Assembly: GCA_016700315.1 (NCBI GenBank)
Contig: CP065013.1
Span: 193,449-257,448, forward strand
Direction of reading: 5' to 3'
Origin: Candidatus Saccharimonadota bacterium
Lineage (GTDB): Bacteria > Patescibacteriota > Saccharimonadia > Saccharimonadales > SZUA-47
DNA length: 64,000 nucleotides
The translations under genes were made by a program, and so were the position numbers. Under the pieces are notes generated by a model, which worked only from the letters and a program-made list of their open reading frames with translations, had not been told where the DNA came from and made no database searches. This document shows, in pieces, positions 19,979-32,062 of this stretch (positions are counted from its first letter, which is position 1; every line of letters begins with the position of its first letter).

Positions 19979-20788
19979 ATTGCAATCTGGTAATTACAGT
20001 TGCTCCCCACGTAGCATGCGCGTCTAACGCACTACGCGAGTCTTCATGTTTTTTATTGCTCAAATCTGTTCTACTCCTTCAACAGTCAAGTGCTTTTTGG
20101 TTCTTACTAGTTCTGCCGCTAAGCAAAATTTTTCAAAACTATAAAGCTTCTTGGCTCTCGGAGGATACTTTTTAAAGAATGGAATTATCTTACCATCAAT
20201 ATCTTGGAAGTTACTGACCTTGTACTTAACATGAGGCCGCCATTTGGCGTAACGCTCATAATCAAGGCGGTAAATATTACCGCAGTTCAATACTTCTTTG
20301 ATTTGATGCAAAATTTCTTCATCATCCTCGCGAAGTTCGATTTCAAAAATCAATCTCACTTCAGGTAATCTTGGTCCGTTTCGATTGATAGTAATGCTAA
20401 AGCATCCCTCTCCATCAACAAAACCAACGATGTAATTTGGATCCAACATGAAGTTCGTCCCTTTCCTCTATTATATCACAATAACAGAGGTACTACGGAC
20501 TCAGCTGACTTCCTTATGCTATCCGCCAACTGGCGGAAAAATCACAATTTCACATAAGGATCTCCTTGGGTTACGCTGGAAAACTGTTTCAAACATTCCT
20601 TGCTAGGCTTTTCTAATCGGCCTCTTCTCTTGTGTACACATTGCAAGATCGAAGCGCCTTTTGTATTGCAAAGACTGCTTTTTGTATATAGAGCCCTTCA
20701 GACATTCTGTTACCAGAGATGTCCTGCTCGCAACTACTAGAGTGGATTTACACCACTTAGCTTTCCGCGCTGCCAAGCGCATTTATTT
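19979..20788 (-). mobile_element. intervening sequence in 16S rRNA encoding a homing endonuclease
   Basis: It splits the universal block GTACA | CACCGCCCGTCA. Boundaries are within about 3 nt. Confidence 0.7.
20060..20449 (-). CDS. LAGLIDADG homing endonuclease (single-motif type)
   Basis: 129 aa with the motif IVGFVDGEGCFSI, located inside the 16S insertion. Confidence 0.85.
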   Translation of the reverse strand: MLDPNYIVGFVDGEGCFSITINRNGPRLPEVRLIFEIELREDDEEILHQIKEVLNCGNIYRLDYERYAKWRPHVKYKVSNFQDIDGKIIPFFKKYPPRAKKLYSFEKFCLAAELVRTKKHLTVEGVEQI

Positions 20789-21072
20789 TGTACAAGACCC
20801 GGGAACGTATTCACGGTAATGTGCTGACTTACCGTTACTAGCGATTCCAGCTTCAAGCAGGCGAGTTTCAGCCTGCTATCCGAACTGAGACCGGCTTTGA
20901 TGGGATTAGCTCCCCCTCGCGGGTTGGCTGCCCTTTGTACCGGCCATTGTAGCGTGTTTGTAGCCCCAGACGTAAGGGTAATACTGACCTGACATCATCC
21001 CCTCCTTCCTCCCCGTTACCGGGGCAGTCTAGCTAGAAAAATCCAACTAACTATAAGGGTTGCGCTCGTTGA

Positions 21073-21119
<47 letters not shown>

Positions 21120-21222
21120 ACACCTGTCACCGAGTTCCTTGCGGCACAGTATCCTTTCGGATGCCTTCTCGGGATTTCAAGCCTGGGTAAGGTTCTTCGC
21201 TTACCATCGAATTAAACAACAC

Positions 21223-21258
<36 letters not shown>

Positions 21259-21365
21259 ATGTTTTAAGCTTGCGCTCGTACTCCACAGGCGGGGTGCTTA
21301 ACGCGTTAGCTTCGCTACAAAGAGGGTCGATACTCCTTACAGCTAGCACCCATCGTTTAGGGCGT

Positions 21366-21399
<34 letters not shown>

Positions 21400-22119
21400 A
21401 CGCTTTCGTGCCTTAGTGTCAGTATTGGTCCAGTTATCTGCCTACGCCATCGGTGTTCCTCCAAATATCTACGGATTTCACTCCTACACTTGGAATTCCA
21501 ATAACCTCTACCAAACTCTAGTCTGCCAGTTCAAATAATAGCCTTGAGGTTAAGCCCCAAGATTTCACTATTTGCTTAACAAACCACCTACGCAACTCTT
21601 TACGCCCAGTGATTCCGGATAACGCTCGGATCCTACGTATGACCGCGGCTGCTGGCACGTAGTTAGCCGATCCTTATTCATTTGCTACTGTCATAATCGT
21701 CACAAATAAAAGCAGTTTACGACCCGAAAGCCTTCATCCTGCACGCGGCGTTGCTCCATCAGGGTTGCCCCCATTGTGGAAAATTCCCTACTGCTGCCTC
21801 CCGTAGGAGTCTGGGCCGTTCTCAGTCCCAGTCTGGCTGATCATCCTCTCAGACCAGCTAAAGATCGTCGCCTTGGTGAGCCATTACCTCACCAACTAGC
21901 TAATCTTACGCAGGCCGTTCCCAAAGCGCCCGAAGGCTTTAATCCGAAGACCATATGCGGTATTAGACACCATTTCTGGTGCTTATCCCTCACTTTGGGG
22001 TACGTTCCTACGCGTTACTCAGCCGTCCGCCACTCGACATCATTCTCACAAAAGCCCTGAAAAACTTTACAGTAATTCCGAACCTTAGTGAGAACATGTT
22101 TCCGTTCGACTTGCATGTA

Positions 22120-22166
<47 letters not shown>

Positions 22167-22194
22167 AAAAAATTGATTAAAAATCAATTTTTGG

Positions 22195-22272
22195 AACGAT
22201 GAATTTTGAATGGCGAACGAGGGAAATTTCATTGAAACTCCTTCATCGTTCATCGTTCGTCGTTCATCACTC
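22195..22272. repeat. heptamer runs in the 16S leader
   Basis: GAACGAT GAATTTT GAATGGC GAACGAG, then TTCATCG TTCATCG TTCGTCG TTCATCA. Confidence 0.75.
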
Positions 22273-22383
22273 CTTAGCTCTGTTTTCTTAAAAACAAATT
22301 AAATTAACGTTGACGTTTCACGACTCAATTTTTAACGATCTGTCTTGGGGCTAAAAAAGCCTCTGATTTTCAGAGGTACTTAA

Positions 22384-22411
22384 ATTATAAGCTCCAAAAG
22401 ACTCCATTCAA
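22384..22411 (-). promoter_or_regulatory. candidate promoter for 16S
   Basis: The minus strand reads TTGAAT-16 nt-TATAAT, about 215 nt upstream of the 16S 5' end. Confidence 0.4.
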
Positions 22412-22477
22412 TATAGCTCATTTTATCCCTTAAATCAAGCCGCAAATGTTGTAGCCTAGTCAACATTCAAAACACCA

Positions 22478-22502
22478 CTAAGCTAGCTCGGCATCCAAAA
22501 TC
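22478..22502. repeat. 25-bp copy of the surE 3' end (direct repeat partner of 23094-23118)
   Basis: CTAAGCTAGCTCGGCATCCAAAATC versus CTAAGCTAACTCGGCATCCAAAATC, with one mismatch. Confidence 0.85.
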
Positions 22503-22587
22503 TTAATATGATTCATTATATAGAGCCCAGCGTGATATCTCTTCTCCTGCGCTATACATACCGTAAAAACATTAAAACTAATTTACC

Positions 22588-23010
22588 CTATCCCACATTT
22601 CTTGAGACTATAATCGGTCTTTTAGTTAAATTACTCCGAGTGACGACAACTGGTCTTGTAACATTTACTAGATCTTCCTGAACGAGCTTAGGATCAACAC
22701 CGTTTAGTTCTGTCGCAGTTAACCCAATTATGCAATTAGCACAACGATCGACTAAATCAGCCGGGCATTTTTTGACTACTTCTAGAATACTTCCGACTGC
22801 TGGTGCATTTTCACCAACTGCAGCAGTAAGCACAACGTGTTTCGTCACTCTAATATGTGTTTGCATCAGTATATCCCACGAAGTTCTGTCTTCTCCAACT
22901 GTAGCTATGTTACTGCCCCTGAGGCAGTCTATAGCACCAATAGGCTTACATAACTCATCATAATTTCCAGATAATTCTTTAACTCTTGGCCCAAGGTGTT
23001 CTCTAGTCAC
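22588..23010 (-). CDS. hypothetical protein on a small inserted cassette
   Basis: 140-aa ORF with a GTG start, SD GGGAGAG and its own TTGCAA-16-TATAGT promoter (23034-23061). No family recognised. Confidence 0.5.
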   Translation of the reverse strand: MTREHLGPRVKELSGNYDELCKPIGAIDCLRGSNIATVGEDRTSWDILMQTHIRVTKHVVLTAAVGENAPAVGSILEVVKKCPADLVDRCANCIIGLTATELNGVDPKLVQEDLVNVTRPVVVTRSNLTKRPIIVSRNVG

Positions 23011-23093
23011 TTTTATTCTCTCCCTATTAAACTGACTATACAGAATATCTTAGTTCTTGCAAGCACTAGCAATAATTCCGCAAGCAATGTCGG

Positions 23094-23900
23094 CTAAGCT
23101 AACTCGGCATCCAAAATCCGCGCCAGTTCGGCCCTTTTCTCACGAGAGGTAATCTCGATAAAAATCGGGATGATCGAGACATGCCCGCGCGCAAGCGCCG
23201 CTAGATCACTATCTAGCTCTACCGAATCTTTCAGTTCGTGATAACCTTTGTTTCTAAAAACACCTTGCTCACTCAAAAATAGCTTGCCGTACACCTCGCT
23301 GTGAGGCCTAGTAACCACCCACTTGGCATCGGGTCTAACATCGTGCGGTAAGTTAATCGAGATCACCTGAATCCCTTCGGGGAAACCTTTGGCAATCACC
23401 TTTTCAATTATCGCTTGCGTAATACTCGCCGCTGTCTCAAAAAGCCGCACCGATTCCACGCCATTAAAATCTACTCCGCGATTTGCATGTTTGACATTCC
23501 ACACAGAGCTTGCGAATGCAGGAACACCCTGAATCGCAGCCTCCAAAGCCGCACCTACCGTGCCAGAGCTCAGTATATGACCAACCCCGACATTAGCCCC
23601 ATGATTTATCCCAGACACTACAAAATCAGGCAAATTACCATCGAAGAGCTCATACATACCTATCTGGGCGCTGTCGGCCGGAGTACCGTCGACAGTATGA
23701 CCTTTGAACTCATAATGTTCTGCCGGCTCAAATACCAAATCTCGATGACCCGAGATTGATTTTCCCATCCAGCTTTGCTCATGTGCTGGCGCCACAGCCG
23801 TCACATCAAATGTGGTCGATAACTGCTTAATCAGCGCCCGAATCCCGGCCGCCTTATAACCATCATCATTCACCACCAAAACTCTTTTCATCTCTTTCAT
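23094..23900 (-). CDS. surE: 5'/3'-nucleotidase SurE
   Basis: N-terminal VNDDGY and SGINHGANVG motifs. Confidence 0.85.
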   Translation of the reverse strand: MKEMKRVLVVNDDGYKAAGIRALIKQLSTTFDVTAVAPAHEQSWMGKSISGHRDLVFEPAEHYEFKGHTVDGTPADSAQIGMYELFDGNLPDFVVSGINHGANVGVGHILSSGTVGAALEAAIQGVPAFASSVWNVKHANRGVDFNGVESVRLFETAASITQAIIEKVIAKGFPEGIQVISINLPHDVRPDAKWVVTRPHSEVYGKLFLSEQGVFRNKGYHELKDSVELDSDLAALARGHVSIIPIFIEITSREKRAELARILDAELA

Positions 23901-24104
23901 TATACCAATCTTCCTCCCTCCCCCTCATCCCTCCATATAAGGTCCGTCCTTATACAGGGGAAGAAAATGTGAATATCTGTTTTTAACAGGGGTGGTCAAA
24001 TAGCCAGTTTAATGTGAATTTTCGCAGCCCAGACACAGATGTAAGCAATCGTTACTAGCTAAGATTCTTATTCATATGTGTTGTTATGTCGAACTAGGGC
24101 TAAA

Positions 24105-26627
24105 CTAAGCGTCCGTCGGAGTCGCTTCCGGCTCACCGTCACTATCGTTGTCACCCTCAAAGTTTGTGTCGAGTAGCGTTAGCGATACGACTTTGTCGCC
24201 TTCGTTCAGGCGCATTACCCGCACGCCCTGTGTAGCACGACTTAGCTCCGGCACATCCTTTAGCCCTAAGCGAATTGTCTGACCGGCCTGACTGATGATA
24301 ATCATCTCGCTCTTCTCCTCGGTCAGAGTAGCTACATTAGTCAATGCACCGGTTTTGCTGTTAACCACCGCCGAACGTATACCCACGCCACCTCGAGCAT
24401 GTGGAGTAAACTGCGCCACCTTAGTGCGCTTACCATAGCCATACTCACTTATCACAAAGATGTTGCTCTCAGCCTTAACCGTATCCATACCAATCACACG
24501 ATCTCCGCTGCGCAGTCGTATTCCCCTCACGCCACGGCTTACACGCCCCATTGGTCGCACATTTTTCTCATCAAATCTAATTGCTTGTCCCTGGGAAGTT
24601 GAGATGATAATTTCATCAGTGCCACTAGTTCTAACTATCCACCTCAACTCATCTCCATCATCAAGATTAATAGCAATCAGTCCAGACGCCCTCACATTCT
24701 GATAAGCCTCAAAGGCTGTTTTCTTAACAGTTCCCTTGACCGTGCACATAAACAAGTAGCCACTTGTCTCTTTTGCTAGAGTCGGAATCATAGCCGTGAT
24801 AACTTCATCTGGTTGCAGCTGGAGCAAGTTCACCACCGCCACGCCCTTAGCACTTAAACCAGCCGCTGGAATTTCGTAAGCCTTCAAACGGAAGACGCGC
24901 CCGCGATCAGTAAAGAACAATATATAATCGTGTGTGCTAGCCTGAACCAAAAATTCAGTATTATCTTCGTCACGAGTGACTATTCCGCGTTTACCTTTGC
25001 CGCCACGATTCTGCCTTCTATAATCAGCCGCCAGATTGCGCTTGATATAATTAGCGCTCGTCATCGTAATCACCACTTGCTCTTCTGGTATTAGCTCTTC
25101 CTCACTAAATTTACCAAGCTCGTGCGGTATCACCTTGGTGCGACGCTCATCACCAAAGCGTTCTTTCATTTCGTTTAGCTCATCTTTAATAATTTTAAGG
25201 ATTTTCTTTTCGTCAGCCAAAATCGCTTCTAGCTTAGCAATTACTTTCAGCAGTTCAGCCAGCTCGTCCTCGATCTTCTGGCGCTCCAGCCCAGCAAGCG
25301 TACGTAGTTGCATAGCCAAAATCGCTTTAGCTTGGATCTCTGTAAGCTTGAACCTCTTGATCAAGTTCTCTTGGGCTTCTTCTGTCGTTTGGCTGGCACG
25401 AATTGTCGCGATTACTTCATCGATATGGTCAAGAGCAATCTTGAGACCTTCCAAGATATGAGCTCGTTCTTTTGCCTTGCGCAACTCATATTCCGTTCGT
25501 TTACGGACGACATTCTGACGATGCTTTATGTACTCAGCAATAATATCCTGCAACCCCAAAATCCGCGGCTGAATGCCGTCTACCAGCGCTAGCATGTTGT
25601 AGTGAAAGGTCGTCTGCAGCGGTGTGAGCTTATAGAGCTGATTGAGTAGTTTCTTTGGATAAGCATCTTTTTTAAGATCAATCACCACCCGCACTGTTCC
25701 ACGTGAGCTCTCGTCGCGAATATCACTTATTCCGCTCAACTTTTTCTCATGCACTAGGTCGGCGATCTTCTCGACTAGCCCGGCTTTGTTAACAGCATAA
25801 GGAATCTCAGTAATAATAATTCGGCTTCTTTTGCCTTCTTCGACAACTTCGGCCACACCTCGCACCACCACACCGCCTTTACCGGTGGCAAAGGCTGTTC
25901 TGATCGATTCCTTACCATAAATAATGCCGCCCGTTGGGAAGTCTGGCCCCTTAATGTGCTCCATCAGATCGTCCAAGGTTGCTTCAGGATTATCAATTTG
26001 CGTAATCGTCGCATCAACAAGCTCGTTTAAATTGTGCGGTGGGATATTGGTCGCCATACCAACAGCGATTCCCATCTGACCGTTTAGCAGTAAGTTAGGC
26101 AATTTAGCCGGTAAGACTTCGGGCTCCTGCTGACTACCGTCAAAGTTATCGCGGAATGGTACGGTTTCTTTATCGATATCTTCGAGCAGAGCCTCGCTAG
26201 CCCTTGTCATTCTCGCCTCAGTGTATCGATAAGCAGCGGCTGGGTCGCCGTCCATCGAACCGAAGTTACCTTGACCATCCACTAGTAAATAACGAGTGTT
26301 AAAAGGCTGCGCCAGACGCACCATCGAGTCATAGATCGCCGTGTCACCGTGCGGGTGATACTTACCCATTACTTCACCAACAATCTGAGCGCTCTTGGTA
26401 TGCTTGCCAGTTGAGCGCAGACCGCTCTTATCCATAACATACAAGATTCGGCGATGCACCGGCTTCATACCGTCACGTACATCAGGCAAAGCTCGAGCCA
26501 CAATCACACTCATCGAGTATTGTAAGTAACTCGTCTCCATTTCATTTTCAACTGAGCGGTAAATCACCGACTTTGAGTTTGGGTCAATCATAGCTTGCTG
26601 TTCGTTTATAGTCTTTTCTTCGTCCAT
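24105..26627 (-). CDS. gyrA: DNA gyrase subunit A
   Basis: [17 protein letters not shown], the catalytic-Tyr region [10 protein letters not shown] and C-terminal beta-pinwheel repeats. I prefer the ATG at 26627 (SD AAGGAG 6 nt upstream), because the track start at 26669 lies in a heptamer run. Confidence 0.93.
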   Translation of the reverse strand: MDEEKTINEQQAMIDPNSKSVIYRSVENEMETSYLQYSMSVIVARALPDVRDGMKPVHRRILYVMDKSGLRSTGKHTKSAQIVGEVMGKYHPHGDTAIYDSMVRLAQPFNTRYLLVDGQGNFGSMDGDPAAAYRYTEARMTRASEALLEDIDKETVPFRDNFDGSQQEPEVLPAKLPNLLLNGQMGIAVGMATNIPPHNLNELVDATITQIDNPEATLDDLMEHIKGPDFPTGGIIYGKESIRTAFATGKGGVVVRGVAEVVEEGKRSRIIITEIPYAVNKAGLVEKIADLVHEKKLSGISDIRDESSRGTVRVVIDLKKDAYPKKLLNQLYKLTPLQTTFHYNMLALVDGIQPRILGLQDIIAEYIKHRQNVVRKRTEYELRKAKERAHILEGLKIALDHIDEVIATIRASQTTEEAQENLIKRFKLTEIQAKAILAMQLRTLAGLERQKIEDELAELLKVIAKLEAILADEKKILKIIKDELNEMKERFGDERRTKVIPHELGKFSEEELIPEEQVVITMTSANYIKRNLAADYRRQNRGGKGKRGIVTRDEDNTEFLVQASTHDYILFFTDRGRVFRLKAYEIPAAGLSAKGVAVVNLLQLQPDEVITAMIPTLAKETSGYLFMCTVKGTVKKTAFEAYQNVRASGLIAINLDDGDELRWIVRTSGTDEIIISTSQGQAIRFDEKNVRPMGRVSRGVRGIRLRSGDRVIGMDTVKAESNIFVISEYGYGKRTKVAQFTPHARGGVGIRSAVVNSKTGALTNVATLTEEKSEMIIISQAGQTIRLGLKDVPELSRATQGVRVMRLNEGDKVVSLTLLDTNFEGDNDSDGEPEATPTDA

Positions 26628-26648
26628 CACAAGCTCCTTTCTTTCAGC

Positions 26649-26683
26649 GAGTCTTGAGTCATGAGCCATGAGTCAAGAGTAAA
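26649..26683. repeat. five in-phase heptamers GAGTCTT GAGTCAT GAGCCAT GAGTCAA GAGTAAA
   Basis: Hand count. Located between the gyrB stop and the gyrA start. Confidence 0.8.
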
Positions 26684-26736
26684 ATTCATTATCGATGAGC
26701 CTAGGCCAGTTAATTGTTTTAGTGCATTTAGGCGGC

Positions 26737-28728
<1,992 letters not shown>

Positions 28729-28844
28729 CTAGCCCACCGCTAAAACTACACTTACCCTCTCTTTAGTTAATCTAATTATAGGATACAACCCTCAAGCTGG
28801 CAATAGACGAGAGACTTTAAGTGCGTACGACTATAGTCGGTATC

Positions 28845-29160
28845 AAGTATTGTGTATCATGTATGAATTAGACCTTAGACCCTAGACCCTAGACCCTAGA
28901 CCCTAGACCCTAATCACTCTAACCTCTAACCTATAACCTAATCTTGACTCTTGACTCTTGTCTCTCGGCTCTACCGAAATAGTACGAGGTGCGAGGTAGT
29001 TAGTAAGTATCTAGTATTATGTATAAAGTATGAATTTCCCCTCAGTAAACAGTCATCGGTATTTCTCTATCAACCATAAACTATCAACTATAAACTTGCT
29101 CCTAGACCCTAGACCCTAGACCCTAATCACTCTAACCTCTAACCTATAACCTCCCCCTAA
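28845..29160. repeat. mosaic heptamer array (largest copy)
   Basis: Abutting runs of different 7-mers, including TAGACCC x5, TCTAACC, GACTCTT, RGTNNNN, ATNNNGT, AACTATC and CCCTAGA x3. See findings. Confidence 0.9.
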
Positions 29161-29273
29161 CCCCGCCCCCTACTTATCCACAGTCAAGAACCCCATATAG
29201 CTATTGATTGAACACATAATTTAGTGATTTAATACCATTAGCGCTATATTAAAAAATTAAAAACAAAACATAT

Positions 29274-31187
29274 ATGTTCAAAAAACTAGTTACAAATCTC
29301 CCATTTAACCCTAGCCTATTCGGGCAAGTGGCCTTTTACGCCGGCCGCATGAAAAAAGAAGCCAGTGTGCGAAGGCTAGGCTTTCTGTTTATCGCTCTAG
29401 CGATGTTTATTCAACTCTTCGCTGTTATGTCGCCGCCAGAGAAATCTCTAGCTTATTCCGACGACTATATTATTAATGGTCTCACTACTCGCGATACCAT
29501 CTTAAAAGAATGGGACCGCGCCGGCAGCGATGTCAGCAAGATCTACGGCAAATTCGGTGTTACACGTGCCGACATTGCCAAGCTGCCGCAGTACACCAAC
29601 ACGACAATTCGCAGTAATGATGGTACAGACTACTGGACGATTGGTCGTAATTCGCTTTCTGGCTATAGCAACGTTGCCAAACAATACAAAAATACAGAGG
29701 TCACGATTAACGCCGGCGGTAGTACTGTCTACATGCGCCAACTCCGCGCCTGGGACATCCGCAACCCCTACAACACCTACGCAGCGTGGCGTGGCGTCAA
29801 GGCTAGCGACGGTTCTACATTCTGGATACTCAAAGATTGCGGTAATTATACACAAGGCAAGCCGACTGCCAAGCCAACCCCTAAAATAGAGATCAAAAAG
29901 AGTATAAAAGGTGCACCCGCTTCACTCAAACCCGGCGAAACAATGACTTTCCGCTTCGAGTGGCGCAACCCCGTGCCGGACTCGTTAGCCGAGAATGTCC
30001 AGCTTCGAGACGAGCTAGACCTCAAAAACTTTGATGTTCTCAGCCCAACTGGTCTGGATATCAACAAATCCAGCGGCTTACTAACATACAAGATTGGCAA
30101 CGTCCCATTCTCCGCCAACTATCATGTTTTAGAAATCACCGCTAGACTCAAAAATCCTTTAGCTAACGGCGTGAAGATCTGTAATGTTGCTCGAGCCACA
30201 GGTACCGGCATAGACGTCTGGAGCAACACTGTTTGTACAAGCGTCCTCAACCCTTGTGTATTTAATCCCAGTCTCCCCAGCAATTCACCGGAGTGTATTA
30301 CGCCAGAGCTAGTTTGCAAGCTAACCACTGGCGTCATCAAGAAAGGCACACGTGACGTTTCGCTTACTACAGTTGCCACATCCAGCAATCAAGCACTGAC
30401 TAAAATCGTTAACTACTCTTACGACTTTGGCGACGGCAGCAAGAAGCAGACTGTTGCATCAAATGCCTATTCCAACACCGTCAACCACACCTACGGAACT
30501 GGCGACTTTACGGCCACGGTGACGGTTAATTACACCATTACTGAAGGCGCAAAAACTACAGCCAAATCCTCTAACTGTAGTTCTCCGATTGACTTCGAGG
30601 CCGAAAAACCAGTTGGCCAAACCAAGACCGTCAAAAACGTTACCCAGAACCTAGAAGGTCAAAAAGCTCTAGAAAGCAAAGTAAACGCTGGTGACGTCCT
30701 CGATTACACCCTAACCACAATCAACTCCAGTGCTTACAACAAAACCGATTACATTGTTTCTGATTACATTGGTGACATCCTGGACTACGCCGATCTAGAC
30801 CAAGAAGTAATGGCCAAAGAGAAAGCCGTTTACAACAAAGATAACAAGACCATACAATGGCCAAAGGAAGTTTTAGCAGCTCATAGTGAAGTTGTTCATA
30901 GCTTCCGAGTCAAAATAAAGAACCCGATTCCGGCCACCAACTCGCCTTCGGCGCTAACTACGAGTTTTGACTGTAAAATCAGTAACAAATACGGTAACGA
31001 ACTGACTATGAACGTCTCTTGCCCGCTCGTTAAGTCTTTAGAGACACTACCAAATACAGGCCCAGGCGCCAGTCTGATCGCCGGCTTCACCATTATGAGT
31101 GTCGTCGGCTACTTCTTTGCCCGCAGCCGCCTACTAGCCAAAGAGTTAGATATTATTAAGCACGACCATGTCGCCATGGGTTACTAA
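29274..31187 (+). CDS. LPXTG-anchored surface protein with PKD-like domain
   Basis: N-terminal signal/TM segment, a YSYDFGDGS PKD-type motif, and C-terminal LPNTGPG followed by a hydrophobic segment and RSR (sortase signal). Confidence 0.75.
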   Translation: MFKKLVTNLPFNPSLFGQVAFYAGRMKKEASVRRLGFLFIALAMFIQLFAVMSPPEKSLAYSDDYIINGLTTRDTILKEWDRAGSDVSKIYGKFGVTRADIAKLPQYTNTTIRSNDGTDYWTIGRNSLSGYSNVAKQYKNTEVTINAGGSTVYMRQLRAWDIRNPYNTYAAWRGVKASDGSTFWILKDCGNYTQGKPTAKPTPKIEIKKSIKGAPASLKPGETMTFRFEWRNPVPDSLAENVQLRDELDLKNFDVLSPTGLDINKSSGLLTYKIGNVPFSANYHVLEITARLKNPLANGVKICNVARATGTGIDVWSNTVCTSVLNPCVFNPSLPSNSPECITPELVCKLTTGVIKKGTRDVSLTTVATSSNQALTKIVNYSYDFGDGSKKQTVASNAYSNTVNHTYGTGDFTATVTVNYTITEGAKTTAKSSNCSSPIDFEAEKPVGQTKTVKNVTQNLEGQKALESKVNAGDVLDYTLTTINSSAYNKTDYIVSDYIGDILDYADLDQEVMAKEKAVYNKDNKTIQWPKEVLAAHSEVVHSFRVKIKNPIPATNSPSALTTSFDCKISNKYGNELTMNVSCPLVKSLETLPNTGPGASLIAGFTIMSVVGYFFARSRLLAKELDIIKHDHVAMGY

Positions 31188-31200
31188 GAAAGGAGAAACC

Positions 31201-31755
31201 ATGTCAGAAAAATTTGTAAGCCACGAACGCCGTGAAATCCACCCTTCTCCCGAACGCCATGAATCGGCAGACAAGAAGTTTGAGAGCTCCCACAATAAGC
31301 ATGAGGTGAGCCACCAAAAACAACATGAGATGGCCGACACAGCCAAACACGAAGCTCTTCGTGGACAAGAAACACTCAGCAAAATAGCTGAGAAAAAAGC
31401 TAACCAGCCTAGCCACGACGTCGCTAGCCGGCAAGTCAAGAAGCTCACATACCAACGGACACTCAAGCGTACCCAAAACCGTTTGCGCTTGCCAGACCGC
31501 ACCCTCAGCCGTATTATTCACCAGCCAGCAATCGAAAAGGTAAGCGAAATCGCCGCCAAAACCATCGCCCGCCCGTCGGGCATTCTCGGCGGTAGCATAC
31601 TGGCTTTCGTTGGCACACTCACCGTACTCATGCTAACCAAAAAGTACGGCTATGAATTCAACTATCTCGTCTTCTTCATGATGTTCGTCGGTGGCTTCGC
31701 CATCGGCGCCCTTGCCGAAATCACCGCCAAAACTTTCTCTAAAAAAGCCGACTAG
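31201..31755 (+). CDS. hypothetical membrane protein with His/Lys-rich N-terminus
   Basis: SD AAGGAG 6 nt upstream of the ATG at 31201. Two C-terminal TM helices. No family recognised. Confidence 0.55.
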   Translation: MSEKFVSHERREIHPSPERHESADKKFESSHNKHEVSHQKQHEMADTAKHEALRGQETLSKIAEKKANQPSHDVASRQVKKLTYQRTLKRTQNRLRLPDRTLSRIIHQPAIEKVSEIAAKTIARPSGILGGSILAFVGTLTVLMLTKKYGYEFNYLVFFMMFVGGFAIGALAEITAKTFSKKAD

Positions 31756-31772
31756 TTTCTTCAAATTACATC

Positions 31773-32062
31773 TCGGCGCTCGGCCCCCTTGGGGCCTAGC
31801 TTTACCGCCCTACTTTCTTGTGCTGACAAGAAAGTAGGCAAAGAAGCAGCCCCTGGCTTCAGGCTCTTTATTGTCTCGTAGTCAAAAACGACAATGCTCT
31901 GACAACTCAGAAGATTAGTGAATTACACTAATCTTCTTCAAACACGTCACTCACTCTAATTGTCGTTTTGACACTCGTCAATCAGGAGCCTGAAGAAGGG
32001 GGTTAGCTTCTAGATACGATTACTATGGCGGCTATACGCTGGTAGTTACATATTAATTACAG
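31773..32062 (-). repeat. structured repeat element, copy A (reverse orientation)
   Basis: Positions 31773-31998 are the reverse complement of 53803-54027 with 3 substitutions and 1 indel by eye. The vestigial 5' module overlaps the stop codon of the 32046 gene. Confidence 0.85.

Noticed and set aside
28845-29160. Possibility that the repeat arrays are CRISPR arrays
   Set aside because: The units are 7 bp, directly abutting, with no unique spacers of about 30 bp. No cas genes are in the window.
29174-29182. Perfect DnaA box TTATCCACA near gyrB, suggesting oriC
   Set aside because: Only one perfect box was found. No dnaA or dnaN is in the window and no cluster of boxes is present. The near-matches at 54182 and 58720 are isolated. 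The origin cannot be called without skew analysis.
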